DNA from: Octopus sinensis
Taxonomy: Eukaryota
DNA: 64,000 nt
Assembly: GCF_006345805.1 (NCBI RefSeq)
Contig: NC_043023.1
Location: 992,001-1,056,000 of the forward strand
Direction: 5' to 3'
Both the position numbers and the translations under genes were made by a program. Below the pieces are notes generated by a model. It saw nothing but the letters and a program-made list of their open reading frames with translations, did not search any database and was not told where the DNA came from. Position 1 is the stretch's first letter; each line of letters begins with the position of its first letter. Positions 60,901 to 64,000 of the stretch are shown one piece after another.

Positions 60901-61172
60901 TGCTCAGAGATTCAACACGTGACTCCAGAATCTACATAACTTTCAACACACACACACACCCCAAATTCTCTGGGGATCTCTTTTGTTAATTCTATGCCTT
61001 ATAAAATAATTGTGCTGTCAACCATCGCATATTCAGTGTGAGACAATACATTAATATATTACATTGCCACCGTAATCATAACCATCATCATCATCATCAT
61101 CAACATCACCACCGTCACCTTCAACCTCACTGCCGTCATCATCAACATTGACGTCGTCAAATTGACACTTAC

Positions 61173-61319
61173 TAACACATCGTCAACAGCGTTCTGAATG
61201 GAGCATTGTTATGTGATACACAGTGAACCCTTGTTCAAAGTTGTCTAATTTTGCTGCTATACGTTACCCAGTGGAAGGATACGCCATAGTTTCTCTGGTA
61301 AAAAGCACCTTTCCTGGCA
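61173..61319 (-). other. candidate 147-nt exon (non-coding, or containing an in-frame TGA)
   Basis: aaattttctttag|TGCCAGG..TGTGTTA|gtaagt. Confidence 0.3.
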
Positions 61320-61799
61320 CTAAAGAAAATTTATAGATGCTGGTGCCATGGAAATAGCATCCGTGCTGGTGCCGCTTAGGGAAGCACTCAGTATACTCTA
61401 TAAAGTGGGTGGAATTAGGAAGGGTATCCAGCTGTAGAAACCATACCAAAGCAGACCTCCACTACCTCATATGTTCTTAAAATTTAAATCCACATCTTTG
61501 TCTATATATCTACCTTCTCTATAATGTTGCCACTTCATTTGAAAATTCTTGTATTAATGGAAAACCTCTATAATTGGCTGATGAGTGCTCAGCATTTTAA
61601 AACTGTTCTAACACAACATTTAATAAAATGATGTAGTACGAAACGATCGTACCAAGTCATTCTTGTTGCTTATTTTGATTATAATCACCCTGCGGATTTT
61701 TATGGATAACACCATACAGAATTCTGGTGCATCTAAATTAAGTACCATATTCATTTGAATCTAAATTTTTGCTGACCGAATTGAACCAGCCAGGATCTC

Positions 61800-62124
61800 T
61801 GGTCTGGTGGTACGTAAAAAGCACTATCCGACTCGTGGCTGATGCCAGCGCCACCTCGACTGGCTTCCGTGCCGGTGGCACATAAAATACACCAGTCCGA
61901 CCGTGGCCGTTGCCAGCCTCGCCTGGCACCTGTGCAGGTGGCACGTAAAAAGCACCCACTACACTCACGGAGTGGTTGGCGTTAGGAAGGGCATCCAGCT
62001 GTAGAAACATTGCCAGATAAGACTGGAGCCTGGTGCAGCCTTCTGGCTTCCCAGATCCCCAGTCGAACCGTCCAACCCATGCTAGCATGGAGAACGGACG
62101 TTAAACGATGATGATGATGATGAT
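61800..62124 (+). mobile_element. RTE 3' tail element with 2-3 array units and (GAT)n
   Basis: Homologous to 4700-4998. Confidence 0.85.
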
Positions 62125-62266
62125 ATATGACCATCTATCTGTTTATTTGTCTGTTTGTTTATCTGCAAGTGGATTTATCAATTTAATCCATCTGTCTGTC
62201 TATCTACCTGTTTGTGTCTGATTTTCTGCCTGTTACTCTACCTACCCTTCTGTCTGTCTATCTGTC

Positions 62267-63170
62267 TTGGGCGTCGATGAGGAATACCTGACCCGCCTGT
62301 TAAGGACGACTTTCAGGCCAGAACCTACAGACAACTTCCAGATATCCCTGGCCTGGCAGTGCTACCGAAAAGCACTACCTGTTTGGAATAAGCTCTACAG
62401 ACACGGCTCGAGAAACACGGGGCCGACCTGCCTGAGATGCGGTTAGAACGACGAAACCGTTCTGCACGCATTCGTGCAGTGTCCAACCATTTCCGACCTG
62501 TGAGCTTATGTCGAACAACTGCTGTCACGTGTGGGACGAGTCGGTTTATCAGCTGAGTCTATTGTCAATATTGTCACGCCTCCTTCCTTCAAACGGGAAG
62601 GAAGAGCTATTTTCATCATCCTTGTGGCTATGGCGAAAGAATGTATCTGGTGGACGCGTCTGAAAGGATTGGAGACAAACACTTTCCTCTTTGGTCAATC
62701 TCTCATCAACTTCTTCAAGTATCACTTGAAAAGGAAAGTGAGAGTAGAGAGGCAAGTTTTGTCTAGCGAATGTTTTAATAAATGATGGGTGAATGTAGCA
62801 AGGATGGCACGTATGAATGACAAGCCACCTTGAGCATAATCCTATGAACCTGGAAAAATTTAAAACAGGGAGTTACTTACTTGCAAATAAATGTGTTAAT
62901 ATGTGACATTATTGACCGAGGTTACCGTGGTCGTTTCCTTAGGCTTTTCTTTCTACGGATAAACCTTATCTGCTTCCCCCTTTACACTTCACACCATGAT
63001 ATTTCTGTGATAACGATCCCTATTGATCGTTTTTTTCTTTCCTTTTTACGATCCCTTTTGATCGAAAACCTACCCCACTTTTTTTTTCTCCCCAAAAAGA
63101 AAAGCTCTACTTTGTAATTTGTTCCGTCTGTGTTCAGCCTTGTGTGTCTAATACAGAAACATAAAGAAAC
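62267..63170 (+). mobile_element. 5'-truncated Tx1/L1-like LINE (ORF2 C-terminal CCHC plus 3' UTR)
   Basis: AWQCYRKALPV..TCLRCG*NDETVLHAFVQCP..AKECIWWTR.. in one frame with 3 point stops, followed by a pyrimidine-rich UTR. Confidence 0.82.
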
Positions 63171-63339
63171 ATATCTCTCTGTTGATCTATCTATCTTTCT
63201 GCCTGTCTGTGTACTTATCTATTGTTCTGTCTACTTATCTATATATCTCTGTGTCTGCTTATCTCTTTACATACATGCATATATATGTATGAGCTTGGGC
63301 GTGTCTATATGAATGCGTGTGTGTGTATATATATATTCT

Positions 63340-63748
63340 CTCTTTACTCTCTTTTATTTGTTTCAGTCATTTGACTGCGGCCATGCTGGAGCACCGCCTT
63401 TAATCGAGCAACTCGATCCCGGGACTTATTCTTTGTAAGCCCAGTACTTATTCTATCGGTCTCTTTCGCCGAACCGCTAAGTGACGGAGACATAAACACA
63501 CCAGCATAGGTTGTCAAGCAATGCTAGGGGGACAAACACAGACACACAAACATACACGCACACACACACAACACACACATATATATGACGGGCTTCTTTC
63601 AATTTCCGTCTACCAAATCCACTCACAAGGCTTTGGTCAGCCCGAGGCTATAGTAGAAGACACTTGCCCAAGGTGCCACGCAGTGGGACTGAACTCGGAA
63701 CCATGTGGTTGGTAAGCAAGCTACTTACCACACAGCCACTCCTACGCC
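63340..63748 (-). mobile_element. SINE family A, full length
   Basis: Near-consensus copy. Confidence 0.92.
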
Positions 63749-64000
63749 TATATATATATATATATATTTCAAATTTATAGAGAAACAAAGACGAAGATAA
63801 GTATAAGAACAACAAGCAAGTGTATTAGTTTGACACTCGTGGAAAATGGAGAAGTCTTTTATATTTCGAGCCTATGCTCTTTGACAGAAGGAATAAGAAA
63901 TAAATAAAGACAGAAGGAAAAAGACGTGTTGAGTTCAGTGGTCTATGTGTATGCGTATGTACACATACACACACATATACGTACAAACACAGATTTGGCG

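Noticed and set aside
256-60939. Dozens of long ORFs rich in Y/I/H/T/C/V/M
   Set aside because: They are translations of (TA)n/(CA)n/(TG)n tracts, which lack stops in several frames on both strands at once.
63851-63890. Minus-strand hammerhead-like remnant (gagc-atag-gctc-GAAA-tata)
   Set aside because: Stem II, GAAA and a palindromic stem III are present, but the CUGANGA core (ctgtcaaa) is too degenerate to call. It is worth checking against the family consensus.

Overview
AT-rich eukaryotic DNA, most likely cephalopod (Octopus-like). This assignment rests on recalled SINE families and extreme (TA)n/(CA)n/(TAA)n density and is not database-confirmed. No intact protein-coding gene is recognisable: nearly all supplied ORFs are microsatellite translations, and the real protein-like frames are decayed retrotransposon fragments (RTE, CR1, Tx1/L1-like, and two RLE-type R4/Dong-like lineages). 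The window also holds four tRNA-derived SINE families (about 40 copies or fragments), two canonical non-autonomous Helitrons, hAT and mariner MITEs, foldback repeats and several old local duplications. Best leads: (1) a type I hammerhead ribozyme with a compensatory U3-A8 core and palindromic stem III, in two tandem copies 737 nt apart (retrozyme-like); (2) about 28 copies of a ~100-bp unit with a nested double stem and possible pseudoknot, arrayed in both orientations; (3) a recurring head-to-tail concatemer junction in one SINE family; (4) SINE-LINE shared 3' tails, one with covarying stems; (5) Dong-like elements sitting in (TAA)n SINE tails. A CpG-rich promoter-like patch, a CTCF-like site, an octamer/AP-1 cluster and a few candidate small exons suggest intronic or flanking DNA of an unidentified host gene. 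Repeat boundaries were read by eye and may be off by a few bases.
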